A stretch of 64,000 nucleotides of DNA from Callorhinchus milii (Eukaryota), in NCBI RefSeq assembly GCF_018977255.1, contig NW_024704742.1, forward strand, positions 54,314,001 through 54,378,000. The letters are read 5' to 3'. Shown here one piece after another: positions 46,827 to 59,909 of this stretch. Position 1 is the first letter of the stretch; each line of letters starts with the position of its first letter. The translations under genes and the position numbers were made by a program. The notes beneath the pieces were generated by a model that saw only the letters and a list, made by a program, of their open reading frames with translations, was not told where the DNA came from and ran no database searches.

Positions 46827-47979
46827 AATAATAATAAGGATTATTTTATTTATTATTATTCATTGTCTTATTGAAACATAAAAATTATGCTGAAATATTC
46901 ATTTTTGATGTGGTCAGTGCATGCCAGTTAATGATCCCAGTGACAATAGTAGCATTCATTAATAGGGATCAAATTGTAATGTTAATTAGCTGCATTGTTG
47001 AAATTAACTACTTTGCAATAATTAATACAATGATTGGTCTCCAGCACTAATTCCTGACACTTTACATCAATTATTGTGGGCATTAATTTCCTGCACTATT
47101 CCTCATGGTCTCACATGTAAAGCTGGCCACGACTTCTGTTTGCAATCTGCGACATTGGACTGCCAGTTACAGTTTAACCAAACCAGATAATCTAAGCAAA
47201 GCCATTATCGTGTGAAATAAAAGTCTAACATGCAGTGTGGACGACTAGCCTAATGCAATCATTGAGAAAGGTGTATAGGATAATCCAAGAGCATCCTGAG
47301 AGACAAGGCATTATGTTAATTATCATAAGGGCACTAAGTTCACTGGACTGTTAATAAATATCAGTATTGTTAACACATCACAATATCCCAAATTTCACCC
47401 CAATTGTTCAAGCATTAAAGCTTCTGTATGCTGCTGGTAAAGCATTTGTTTTCACAGACTGTTACACTATCAATGTGGTTTTATTACACAATTAATTATT
47501 CATTGGTATATGGAAGCGATTTAAGGTTTGAATATTGGATTCAGGCAGAAGAGAGGAATGCCTGGAAAAAATCACACAGAGATGTTTTTAAGCAATGTTT
47601 AATGTTACTGTATGGTATGCGATGATCTTTGCCACTTGCCATTTCTTTCCTCTCCTCTTCTCCTGAAGTGGTTTGACTCCGAGATGGGGTGGAAAGGCAT
47701 CATGTTCACTTTCATTCATGCAAAGGAAACAAGGGACACAATGTGGCTTTGTATGAGTAATAGGATAGACGAACCTACGTACTTTATTTTCAATGATTTT
47801 TGTAACTAATCGGCCTGGTAACGTCATTGGAAATACAGTTTCTTGTTGTTGCCTGGCATAAGGACTGTCAGGTTGGTGCATTCTTTACCCAGACATTACT
47901 TGAAATTCTTACCAATGGCAACTGCTTGGCAATCATTATCTTTCTGTCAATGATTCAGAACTTGATAAAAATTACAATA

Positions 47980-48275
47980 TAATACAAATTTACGTTTGCG
48001 TAATGCCTTCATATTGGGTAAGAAATCCCAAGGCGCTTAACAATACTGGCTTGGCATCTGAGCTAGGGTGGGAGATGAGGGGGTTGGGGAGCGGAAAGAT
48101 AACCAAAAGTTGGTCAAACAAGTAGGCCTGGAGAGATACCTTGATTAAGTTGAGGGAGAGAGTAAGTCGGAGGGGCTCTGGGATGAGTTCCAGAGTGGAG
48201 GCAGAAAGGCTGAAGGGCTGCCTACTAATGGTGGGATGAGTAGGGTTGGGGACGTGAAGCAGATCAATGCCTGCT
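47980..48275 (-). mobile_element. L2 3' end
   Basis: GAGTTCCAGAG...GGCTGAAGGGC...GGGGACGTGAAGCAGA. Confidence 0.75.
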
Positions 48276-48479
48276 GAGAAACTTCACTCTGCTCAGCAAA
48301 ACCAGGTTAGTAAATTAAACATCAGAGCTCTGTGCAGCCTTCAGCAAAGGAAGTATCTGATTAAGTGGTTTAAAATCTTCTGAATTTCATTGGTTTCTTT
48401 TTAAACTATTAACTAACAAGGGAGAATAAGTGAAACAGCCTTAATGATATACTTCATTGAATGATTGAATTTGGGGTAT

Positions 48480-49795
48480 TCAAGAAAGGCAACAAAACTA
48501 AACTTGGCAACTGTAGACCAAATAGCCAGAGTTCAATAATAGGAAAAATTATGGAAACAACCATCAGAAAGGAAGTGGAAGCTTAGCTATATATAAAAAT
48601 TATCTAGTAACTGACAGCCAACATGGGTTCAGAAAAGGTAGATGTAATCAGAGGAGGCAGCAAAGAAAGGTTGATAGGGTATGTACATGGGCCAAGTACC
48701 TGCAAATTAAGTTTAAAATAGTGATAAAAGTAAGGTATATATGACATAGGATCCAAGAATAGAAAATACAAGTAAACCATGAATGGGATTGAATTTTGCC
48801 AAGGGGGAAGATGAAAGAGATTTAGATCTGTTAGTTGATTCGTCGCTTATTATGTCAAAATAACGTGAGTCAGCAATTAACAAGGCAAACAGAATGCTCT
48901 ATATTGGATGCTCTAACAGAATGCTGGGCTATATTGCTAAATTATTTGAGTTTAGGTCTCCAGATGTTATTCTCAAGCTGTACAGTGTCTGTCAGACCTT
49001 GAATACTGTATACTGCGCTGGTAACGCACCATAAGGGGGCTGTTCAGGCCATGGACAATTTGCAGAGCTGAATAACAATGATCCCCATTAGTAGTGGAAT
49101 GAGCTTTGATAATAATAATAATCCTTGCATTTGATATAGCGCTTTTCACATCTTCTCGATGTCTCAAAGCGCTTCACAGAATAGACTAAAGTGAATTGAC
49201 TGTATATTTGTGGGCGAAACGCAGCAGCCAATTGCGCACAGCAGTGTCCCACAAAAAGTCGTGGATTGAAAATGACCAATTTATTATTGTTTTGTTTTGG
49301 AGGGATTATTATTAGGCTCTGTGTGGAGTAAGGAAACTTGCCCAAGGTTTCGCCTTGCCTGGAATTGAACCCAGGTGTCTCGCTTGCAAGGTGAGTGCTC
49401 TAACCACTGAGCTACAGGCCTTGTTGTTGATCAACAACAAGGCAAGCTAGAAATCATCACTCCTGAGAGAAGAAGACTCAGAGGGGACCTCAAAGAAGTA
49501 CATGAACTATTAAATGGGATTGACAAAGTAAACTTGGATTAATACTTCAGAATATATTATGACAGCAGAACAAGAGAACACAGATTTAGAGTTGCAAAGG
49601 GCAAATTAATGACAGATTCCAGAAAGATTTATTTACACAGAGATTAATCAATGACTGGACCTGGATATCAGGAAAGGTTGTAGAGGCCAGGACACTGGAC
49701 TTATTTAATAAACAGCTTGATTCTATGATGGGGGATCGTAGGGTGTTCTGGGCCAAAGGGCCTTCTTCATTCAAACCAATGTTGTGATCTTGTGA
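48480..49795 (+). mobile_element. CR1 LINE, decayed, with nested SINE
   Basis: CAACATGGGTTCAGAAAAGGTAGAT (QHGFRKGR), AAGGCAAACAGAATGCT, CTTGAATACTGT, AGAAGACTCAGAGGGGACCTC; 3' repeat TGTGATCTTGTGA. Confidence 0.85.
49108..49418 (-). mobile_element. tRNA-Ala SINE (slightly older variant)
   Basis: rc of consensus; the head ends at GAGCTACAGG. Confidence 0.9.
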
Positions 49796-50220
49796 GGCTT
49801 AATTTAATCAAAAACACTTAAAATATGACAAATGGAACTATTTAGTAAATTGTCATGTACACTATTTTTCAAAAGAAAGAATACAATAGGGTGAATATTT
49901 TGATGTGCGATGTGTCAAATAACACCAGTAGTGTTAATTAACAAATTGATCAAAAAGTGAACAGGCATGGGTTAATGTATTGACTAGTCCTGAGTGTTCC
50001 CACATCCCCAGAAGCTGCTCACAATATTTACACCCAGAAGCCAGCCATGCAACAAACGGATTGGAAGTATGTGGACTGACACATCTTGGAGCAAAACCAG
50101 GCCACCATTCCAATGCAGTGCAGCGGAAGCATTGAATTGTCAGAGGTGCTGTGCTTCAGATGAATTAAATCAAGGGCTTGTTTGCCTGTTCAAGTAGACT
50201 TGAAAGATTCTATTGCACTA

Positions 50221-51269
50221 TTGTGGACCAGGGCTCCCTTTGCCTCCTCGTCCTACTTGACCTCTCTGCTGCTTTCGACACGATCGACCACTCTAATCTC
50301 ATCCACCGCCTCTCCTCTAACTTCAACCTCTATAGCGCTGTCCTTGATTGGTTCAGATCATGCCTCTCACACCGCCTGCACTTCAGCTCCACAAACAGCT
50401 TCTCCTCTAGCTCCCGGACCATCTCATGCGGCGTTCCTCAATCCTTGGCCCCCTGCTCTTCAATATCTGTATGCTCTCTCATGGTAACATCATCCACAGA
50501 CATGGGGTCAACTTCCACATGTATGCAAATGACATTCAACACTACCTCTCTGCCACCACCCTTGACTCCAGGATTACTGCTGTCCTGACAGAATCTCTGT
50601 CAGATATCAAGTCCTGGATGAGAGCTGACTTTCTTCAGTTGAATGTCAACAAGACCGTGGCTCTCCTGATTACCTCTGGTCAGCGATTCCTCACCTCAGG
50701 CGCCTACAGCATCACCATACATGGTTGCACACTCCACCTTACTAAGCCAGTCCAGTCTTATTTGACCCTCAACTATTCTTTCTACCCCACATCGGTGCCA
50801 TGACCCGCTCTGCCTTCCCCCACCTCTACAACGTCGACCGGCTCCGCCATTGTCTCACACCGCATGCCGCCAAAACCCTCATACACGTCTTCATTACATC
50901 GAGGCTCGACTATGCAAACTCATTGCTTGTCGGTCTCCCCAACTCCTCCCTCCACAGGCTGCAGATCATCCAGGACTCTGCAGCCCATGTCCTCTCCCGC
51001 ACTAGGCTCCGCGACCCTATCACCCCCATCCCTGCCCAACTCCACTGGCTTCCTATTATACAGAGGATAAAGTTCAAGATCCTGGTCCTCACCTTCAAAG
51101 CCCTCCACTGTCTTGCTTCCCCCTACCTCTGTGACCTCCTAGCCCCCTACCATCCTGTTCACTCCCTCTGCTCAGTGGGCTCTGGCCTACTTCATGTCTC
51201 CCGCCTTGCTCACCCCCCCAGTATTGGTGGGTGGGCGTTCCGCCACTCTGCCCCCAACCTCTGGAACTC
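50221..51269 (+). mobile_element. L2 internal RT fragment, flanked by DeuSINE pieces (50100-50220, 51270-51410)
   Basis: [28 protein letters not shown] and LHWLP motifs. Confidence 0.9.
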
Positions 51270-52046
51270 TTGTAGGATATTGCTATGCACAAATTGCTGT
51301 TATACTCACCTACAAATATACAGTCAATAAACTTCACAGTAATTCCAATGAAGTAAATTGAGACTTTTGATAATGTGATAAAATGCTACATGAAATATAA
51401 GAATTATAAGTTATTATAACTTGGCCAGTTTTCTCTGAGGTGGCACTGAACAACAGCTATCACAGGTAACAATAACAATAATGATAGTATTGGAAGCTTC
51501 AGACAATTGATGAGTAAAAAGAGATTTAGATCACACTTTTTGGTAATGTATTAAATACCAGATGAAATTCATGCCTGGATTGCTTGAAGGATAATGGTGT
51601 GTGTTCCTATATGAGCAAGTCAAGGTGTCCAAAATTATGTTTGTGTGTCCAGCAAAAGTTGCCATCGATAGGCAGCTACATGAAGATTGATGATGCCATC
51701 CAAATAGATGAGGAGAGTCTGTAGCAGCTGACTGCAGCCTTGGGAAAAAAAGGTGGTGGCATCTCATATCCTTCTGACATCTGGATCCTGGCATCCTTCA
51801 TGATTCTGTTGCTTCTTCATTCCCCAGTGCACAATCTTGTACCTAGCTGCAAGACTGGAAGACTGTAAGTTACTGCACTGCTTGGTCATGTATAGCAACA
51901 ACTCTAGTCATCTGTCTGAAAATCCATGGAGACTAATTAAAGCTAACCCCACAACCACACTACTATAACTGCAAAAAATAACAGGGAAGTAGATGAGCAC
52001 AGGCAACAAATCATATGTACTGCAAAAATATGATCACACTTTATTT

Positions 52047-53012
52047 CACAACAATAACAAATTACATTTGTATAGCACCCTTCACATCGGAAAGACATCC
52101 CAGACATTGGTCAATTAGGGGTTTTGGACCCGAGCTGGGAGTTGAGTTCAGAAGGGGAGGAGGGCTGGGTGGGTGGGAGGGTGGCCAAAGGCACAGTCGA
52201 AGAGGAAGGTCTTCAGATAGGACTTGAAGGAGGCAAGCGAGGGGTGAGGTGGAGGGATTGCGAGATAGAGTTCCAGAATGTGGGAACAGAGATACTGAAT
52301 GCCCGACCGACAATGGTGGGATGGGAAGTGCAGGGGACCTGAAGCAGGCCCGTGTCCACCAAGCGTAGGGAGCAGACAGATTGATATGAGGTTATGAGTT
52401 TGGGGAGGTAGGGAGGAGAACATCGTGGATGGCCTTGAAGGTAAGAATGAGAGTTTTAACTCAATTCTCTGAGGAATGGGGAGCCAGTGAAGCCCAAGAG
52501 TGTTAGGTTCATGGAGCCTGGTGCAGGAGAGGACATAAGCTGCAGAATTCTGAATAATGTGGAGTCCTGTAGCTCAGTGGTTAGAGCATTCGCTTTGCAA
52601 GCGAGAGACCTGAGTTCAATTCCAGGCAGGGCAAAACCTTGGGCAAGTTTCCTTACTCCACACGCCTAATAATAATCCCTCCAAAAAACAATAATAAATT
52701 GGTCATTTTCAGTCTACGACTGTTTGTGGGACATTGCTGTGCGTAATTGGCTGCCGCGTTCACCCACAAATATACAGTCAATTCACTTTACAGTGTGTTC
52801 TGTGAAGCGCTTTGGGGCGTCCTCCCGATGTGGAAAGTGCTATATCACATGTAAGAATTATTATTATTATTATAATCTGCAGCTTGTGAACGGAAGAGTT
52901 GAGAAGTCCAGTGAGCAGGCAGTTGGCGCAGTCAAGCCGGGACATAATGAAAGCGTGTATCAGGGTCTCGGTGGCCTGCGGTGAGAGGCAGTGGAGGAGG
53001 CGGGCAATCCTT
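52047..53012 (-). mobile_element. L2 3' fragment interrupted by a SINE
   Basis: SFKSYLKTFLFDCAF in minus-strand translation; the L2 text resumes across 52558/52877. Confidence 0.85.
52559..52871 (+). mobile_element. Young tRNA-Ala SINE, full length
   Basis: ATAAT direct repeats at 52554-52558 and 52872-52876. Confidence 0.92.
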
Positions 53013-54123
53013 CTCAGGGCCTCCTCTGCGTTATTTCCTTCACAATTAAAATTTCAACTCAATAAAACTCCACTTTCTTATCTGTCCAGTCTTATTTCTT
53101 GTGCAACAGACTGTGCCTATTCTGTTTCATTTTGAATTCACAGCTCTTGCTATACAAATAAGATGTTGTTGTTGTTAAAGCTCAGTATTAGGCCCCTCAG
53201 TGTTTAAAACTGTTTATTTTTCTTATTGGTGTCTTAAGTTTAGTCTGTTCTGGAGATTTTTGGAATTCCTCCTGTGCGTTTTAGTTGGGCTTATCAATGC
53301 ATGATAGTTTGTAAATTTACGCACTAATTTTCACCAGGCTTCTCTTTCTAAGATCCACTATAACATGCCAATTATATCTAGCCCCAAGAGCATTCACTGG
53401 CAAGATGGTGGATGTTCATGCCTCAGAATTTTCCCAGACTTTTCTGAGGGCATCAATTTAAGATGATTGCACAAGGAATCAAATGGATGTTTTTATTTAA
53501 AAAAACACAGTATCTTTATACTGAGGCTGTATCTTTAGACCTTTATAGAAGATGGAATACTCTTAACACAAACCGTTGTTGAATCAGAATCCATCAGCTA
53601 TGTTAAAAGGGAATTAGATAGTTGCTTGAAAAAGAGTTCTGTGAAGCGGTAACTCCACGTGTGGCTGGTATGAGCATTGAGCCAGACTAATGGAATGAAA
53701 TCAGAATGGTGGGGAGGCAGGAGATCAGCTGTCAGACATCAACTGACAAATCACTTGGGTGGAATTTTCAACAATGTAACAGCACCAATAATAATAATAA
53801 TCTTTGTGTCTCTAAGCATTTCACAGAATATATATTGTAAAGTGGAGTGACTGTATTTTGTGGGCAAAACACAGCAGCCAATTGCTTACACCAATGATAA
53901 ATACTAATAATGCTAATTGTCACATCTCATGTTGTGTTTCTTAACCAAAATTTTCTTTTAATATTCTCTAATCAGTTCCTAGCAAGTTAGGAAATGGCAG
54001 AGGTTCAATACCATCCATATCACATTTCCTGGCTGCAATGAGTACACATGCACTGTATTTAACATTATTGGCTACTGTTAATGGCTACATCGGTTATGCA
54101 CACCAGCAAGTATTGCATTGGAA

Positions 54124-54505
54124 GTCAGCTTGGTTCAATGTGTAGCACTTTCATCTCTGAGTCAGACGTTGTTGGTTCAGGGTCTATATCGGGATTTGAA
54201 CTCACTCGGACACTCTGTTGCAGTGCTGGGGGTGTGCTGCACTGTCAAAGGTTAAGATGTTAAATCGTCTCTCTGTTCAGGTGAATGTTAAAGATCCCAT
54301 GGCAATACTCGAAAAAGAAGCAAGTTTCTCCCAGTGTTCTGACAGACAAATCCCCTAAATAAATTGGCCATTAATTTCATGGCTATTTGTGAGAGGTTTG
54401 CAATTGGACCTCTGTGTTTGTCTCACTTAACTTCATAGTAAATCTAGTAAAGCACTCTTCCTGACATGAAATCCTCCTATACCAAATGCAAGATTATTAT
54501 TGTTA
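54124..54505 (+). mobile_element. DeuSINE
   Basis: CTCTGAGTCAGACG...GTTAAAGATCCCATGGC...CAAATGCAAGATTATT. Confidence 0.8.
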
Positions 54506-54759
54506 TCTGATTGCATTGTTCCAAGATACCCACCCTAGCATCTTCCCATCACAGAATCAAGCTACTTTTTTAAATGAGTCCAGTCTCTTGGCTTCAACCT
54601 CCTAGCAACCTGTTCCAGTTGTTAATTACTTTCTTTTAAGATTTACAGAAAACCGGCTTCAAAGTTCAGACCGAATTCAACAATTTGCCAAATTCTAGAC
54701 ACGCTGAAAGGTTACCGAAATAGAGTAAGCCAAAGCCCAGATGGAATTTCTCTCCCCTG

Positions 54760-54878
54760 TGCAGTGTTCCCTCAGTACTTCAACAAAATGTCAGCCTGGT
54801 TTCTAAATTTAATTCCTGGTGTGGAGCTCAAACCCACAACCTGCTGATCCAAAGGCAAGAGTGCTACTAACTGAGGCA
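54760..54878 (-). mobile_element. DeuSINE head fragment
   Basis: CCCTCAGTACT...TGTCAGCCTGG...GGCAAGAGTGCTACTAACTGAG. Confidence 0.65.
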
Positions 54879-55193
54879 GAGTGACAGTTCCTATTGATAG
54901 CTATGCTAGGATTTATACTTTTTTTTGTTTGAAACCTGATGGTTGAGTACGTTATGATCTTGCGTAATAACATTTCTGAGTTGCTTTGGTAGAAAATCTT
55001 GGAGCCAGTTTGTCAAGACTGTGAAACTTTCACAAGGCATTTTTTTTTAACCCACCACAACTTATTTTTTTCACAGATTTTAGTCATAAACAACTGCTTC
55101 TGACCTGGAGTTCAGTGGATTGTGTTTGAGGTTATTAAAACTCAATTCTATCCATGCCTTATTTTTTGATTTCTACACACATGCTGTGGTAAA

Positions 55194-55615
55194 CAGTCTG
55201 GCTCAGTTGTAGCACTTTCGCCTCGGAGTCAGACGATTGTGGGACTAAGCCCTGCATCGGCACTTGGAACCATATAGTCTAAGTTGACACTCCAATGCAG
55301 TGCTGAGGGGTGTTGCATTGTTGGAGGTGCTGTCCTTCACATGAGGTCTTGTCTGCCTGCTCAGGTGGACGTTAAAGATCCCATGGCACTACTTGAAAAG
55401 AGTAGGGTGTTTCTCCCGATACACTAGACAACAAATCAAGCAAATAAAATTGGTCCCTCGATGCATGGCTATCTGTATACTATTGCTCTGCGTAAACTAG
55501 CTGATGCATTTCGCCCACGAACTACAGTCACTCCACTTTACAGTACATCCTGTGAAGTGTTTTCAGACACCTTGATGATATAAGGTGCTTTATGAATTGG
55601 AAAGGATTATGATTA
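55194..55615 (+). mobile_element. DeuSINE, full length
   Basis: Head, Deu domain (CAGGTGGACGTTAAAGATCCCATGGCACT) and tail. Confidence 0.88.
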
Positions 55616-56349
55616 TAAAAAATTATTAACAATATTTTAATAAGTGAAGGACAACAGCAATATAAAAACTGTTACACATTTTTTCTTACTGAACCTAAAC
55701 TCTGTTAATATGAAAATATTTAAAAGGGAACTATATCTTGTTGCTCAGCAACCAAGATCTGAAAGCAAGGCTTCTCGGTGCCTTTCTGTGAAATGTGATT
55801 CTCACTTTGAATTATGGCACTGACTGGCGTTGTAAAAATGATACATAATCATATCATTTGTTTTATGAAGTCGGGATGGAGGTATGGTCAGCCTCACAAG
55901 TGGAAATAATGTTAGTATCTCATGGGGAGACGTTAAGTGCTCCTGTTTGTCAAATGTGATTGTTTTTGCATGACTGAAGTATAAATTATTGTGTTTTATT
56001 TTAAAGATGGATATTCAAAGGAAGGTTGTGTGACATGTGGTTGTCATGACTTGGGGAAGTATCAGAGATGAGATGCATAATCAAAAAGTGAAGCAGATCG
56101 CAATGCAGTTCAAAGCTACAGAGCAGTCCTCATATGTCACAGAAAACACATCAACATGAGGGAGACTTGACAGGGCTGATGGAAATGTCAAGCCAGCAGA
56201 ATGCAGTGGTAGTAAAAATATTTAAAATATTTACCCATTTATCGCTTCCCATCAGAAAGACAAATTCAGCGCAAAATAGATTTTCAGTGGTGCCCGGGAA
56301 GGTTGGCCAAAAAACATTCATGTGGAAAATTTCCCTAAAACAAATAGAG

Positions 56350-56781
56350 TTGGCACAATTGGTAGTGCTCTCACCTCTGGGTCAGTAGATTGCAGGTTCA
56401 AGCCTCACATCAGGAATTCAAACTAACAGTCTAGGCTGACACACTAATGCAGTGGTTGACATTGTTAGAGGTGTCGTCCTTCGGATTTGATGATAAATTG
56501 AGGTCCCATCTGCCTGTTCAGGTGGATTGTAACGATCCCACAGCACTGTTCGAAAAAGAGAAGGGGATATTTCCTGGTATCCTGCCCAACCATCCTCTGA
56601 ATAAAAGATTGGTCACTCACTCACTCATGGCTAATTATGGGACATTGCTATGGGCAAATTGGCTGGAAAATTCGCTTACAATATGCACAGTCACCACAAC
56701 TCAGTATAATTCTGTGAAGTGCATTGAGCTGTGTCAATGATGTGATAAGGTGCTCTGTCAAATGAGAGGATTATTATTATT
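56350..56781 (+). mobile_element. DeuSINE, full length
   Basis: Head, Deu domain and GGATTATTATTATT tail. Confidence 0.82.
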
Positions 56782-56904
56782 AACTATTTCTGCACAAAGC
56801 TTTTATGCAATTCATCAAGTTGTTCTGTGTTTTATTATTTTTCTAATTTCTCTGCTCCTCTACTGAATACTTTGATTCCTTCTTTGTTCTTTTGGGGCAC
56901 AGTT

Positions 56905-56985
56905 GCACAGATGCCGAGCAGCCTTGGTTACCTGACCCAAGCGGCCATCGTTTACACGTGAGCCTTGACAATCTGCCAGCAGATG
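56905..56985 (-). mobile_element. AmnSINE2-like fragment
   Basis: rc GTCAAGGCTCACGTGTAAACGATGGCCGCTTGGGTCAGGTA resembles 43780-43812 and 61417-61445. Confidence 0.4.
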
Positions 56986-57147
56986 TGTAAAGATATCTGT
57001 CTCCTGGTGCCAAGCACTTCAGTGCTGCATTTTTCCTGCTCTCATCCTCTGAAGCAGAAAAGAGTCAAATTATTAAATTACTGAAAAGCAGCAATAGTTT
57101 TGCTCCTTTAATATGTCTTCTTTAAAAATACATTTTTTAACTTTCAG

Positions 57148-57348
57148 GCATTGTGCCCCGCTTTGTGGATCTCCTCCCACCACTGCATTGCCCCCTCTTT
57201 ATCTGCCTTCAAAATTTGTCTTAAAACTTATCTTTTTCACTGAGCTTTAGTCTCTTCACCCCCCACCCCGCCTCCCACTCAGCTCAGTTTCCCAGTCAAC
57301 TTTGTGAAGTGCTCCCGTCATGAAACATATAAAAGTAATTTTTGTTGT
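57148..57348 (+). mobile_element. L2 3' end, degenerate
   Basis: CCTTCAAAATTTGTCTTAAAACTTATCTTTTT...TTGTTGTT. Confidence 0.65.
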
Positions 57349-57369
57349 TCCATCTTCCATTATATATTT

Positions 57370-57550
57370 ATAATAATAATAATACATAATAATAATCCTT
57401 GCATTTGATATAATGTTTTATTGTTGAAACATTTCAAAGTACTTCACAGAATATAATGTAAAGTGAATGAATTGACTGCATATTTTGTGGGCGAAACGCG
57501 GCACCCAATTGCACACAGCAGTGTCCCACAAACAGCCGTGGATTGAGTGA
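57370..57550 (-). mobile_element. SINE 3' half
   Basis: (TAA)n CCTTGCATTTGATAT...GTCCCACAAACAGCCGTGGATTG. Confidence 0.82.
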
Positions 57551-58108
57551 TTTTTTTTATGGGTTGCGATGGGGGATAGTGACAGCCAATTAAAACATAG
57601 ACAATCAGAAATAAAAATGATCAGATAAAATATTGCCAGATTCATGAAAATGATGAAGTTAATGTGCAAGCCAGATTTTCAGAGGAATGTCAGGAGCGAG
57701 GAATGTGAACTACAAATGTGGATCTGCTCCCTCTGGAGAAATCATGATATAAATTTACATGGGCTGCAACCTAAGGGTTAAAACTGATAGCAAGGATAGA
57801 GCTAAAGACACTGACATAATGTCAAGGCTCAAATAATGTGTTCAAAGCACATGCACATCATTGCAGTCTATGACATCACCTAAATACTTCAATTGTCTCC
57901 TGCCTTATAATTCTCTTACATGGGTAACTATCCATCATTCTCCATAATAACAATAATTACATTTGATTTTTTTTTAAATAACAAAGTTTATGCATCATTT
58001 CACTGCACTGACAGATCAATGAAGAAATCTTGGGCAAGCAATTTAAGATGATGGAATTTCAGAGTCTCAGAGAGAGTCTATGCTGTGCTGCACTGATAAT
58101 ACAAGCAC

Positions 58109-58220
58109 CATATTCTCAGCTCCCCTACTTTTTGATATAAACTCAGTTCAATATCATAACACATATCTGTTATGATATTGAACTGAGTTTATGTCAAAAT
58201 GTAGGGGAGCTGACAATATG
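58109..58220. repeat. 112-bp near-perfect palindrome
   Basis: 56-bp arms, 4 mismatches, no spacer; centre at 58164/58165. Confidence 0.95.
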
Positions 58221-58484
58221 ATAGGCAACATATTAATTCCCATAATTTTCCACACAGCAAGTTCATGATTTTGACTGCTATCAGAGGAGAAGCTGTATGG
58301 AGGATGGGGACTGCCTCAAGAGCAGAGAGAAAAATAGAAATCAAGTCAAATGGGCTGTTCTCAAATATTCCTATAATCATTTATGAAGAAGTATTATGAA
58401 AGAGCCAGGAGAAGAGTCATTCATTTCATGGCTGTTTTGGAGACATTGCTTGTTCAAATCGGCTGCCATGTTCACCCACAAAAT

Positions 58485-58802
58485 AATAAATAAATAATAA
58501 TAATCCTTGCATTTGATATAGTGCTTTTTACATCTTCTAGACTTCTCAAAGCGCTTCACAGAATATACTGTAAAATGAATTGATTGTATATTTGTGGGCG
58601 AAATGCGGCAGCCAATTGCACCCAGCAATGTTCCACAAACAGTTGTGGATTGACTGACCAAATTATTATTTTTTTCCTTGAGGGATTATTATCAGGCATG
58701 TGGAGCAAGGAAACTTGCCCAAGGTTTCACCCTGGCGGGAATCAAACCCAGGTCTCTCGCTTGTGAGGCGAGTGCTCTAAACACTGAGCTACAGGACTCC
58801 AC
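58485..58802 (-). mobile_element. tRNA-Ala-type SINE variant nested in a + strand DeuSINE 3' fragment
   Basis: rc head GTGGAGTCCTGTAGCTCAGTG; the host resumes at 58803. Confidence 0.88.
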
Positions 58803-59229
58803 AAAATACTCAATCTTGGTACATACAATCCTGTGAAGTGGTTTGATCCATCTTCCCAAAGGGAAAGTCATTATATAAAATGCAAAGATTATTATGAAAT
58901 TATATTATGCTCTTACCCGTAGTCCTATTCTTCCATTGATAATCCTTATCCTATCTCTAATCACCAAAGAGCAGCAATATTCTTAACAATTATAATAATA
59001 ATCCTTGGATTTGATGTAGCACCTTATCACGTCAATGAGATTTCTCAAAGCGACTTACAGAATATACTGTAAAGTAGAATGACTATATTTTATGGGCGAA
59101 ACATAATGAAAGTTTTTTCTAAGATGATTCTGCAATTGATGGTTCTATGTTATGAATGAAGGCAGTAATTTTGGATACTGCAAGGTCATACAAACTACCT
59201 AGGGGTGAATGACCAATAGATCTAATTGT

Positions 59230-59512
59230 TGGTTAGGACACTGGGAGAATCTTCTTTCTCCTAATTTCTCTTAATTTCTCTGCTTATCTACTGAATATTA
59301 TTATTCCTGATTCCTCCCTTGGCACTATTCAAACAGTGAGCCAGAAAAAGAGGCAAACAGCAACTTGGTTTCATGTATTATCCAAAAGACGGCATCACTG
59401 ACAATGCGGTACTTCCCCAGTGCTGCCCTGAATTTGAGCTCAATTTCTGACAAGTGATTTAAAGCCGGAACCTTCTAACCCATGCACCAAAGTTCTACTA
59501 ACTAAGCGAGGC
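59230..59512 (-). mobile_element. DeuSINE, degenerate
   Basis: AGGACACTGGGAGAA, CCAAAAGACGGCATC and CTACTAACTAAGC. Confidence 0.55.
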
Positions 59513-59539
59513 TGATGATGATGGAAAATAGATTAAAAA

Positions 59540-59760
59540 AAAGAACATGATAGAGTTCTTTGAAAAAAACATGTGATGTTGATGTAAGCAAGTTTTTTAA
59601 CTTAGAAGTGAGCAAAGAATTGGAAGATGTAGAAAATAAACAAGCCTCCAGCAAGACTGAAGTTGAAAATATTTTTCCCTATAGAGTAATGGATATGTGA
59701 AACAGACTCTCAGAAACAAACATCGCCTAACTTTAGAAAAAATTGAATATAAATTAAATT
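59540..59760 (+). mobile_element. CR1 3' fragment, degenerate
   Basis: TTTTTCCCTATAGAGTAATGGATATGTGAAACAGACTC resembles FF..RV...WN.L. Confidence 0.55.
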
Positions 59761-59909
59761 TGGAGTCCTGTAGCTCAGTGATGTCGAGTCCTGCAGGTCA
59801 GTGATTAAGCATTTGCTTAATCAATTACAAGAAAGGGATTGCTGGAGCAAGTTCCTGAATAACGGAGCTATGGACAATTTGAAGAGTAAAGATATTGCAA
59901 CTCTGTGTA

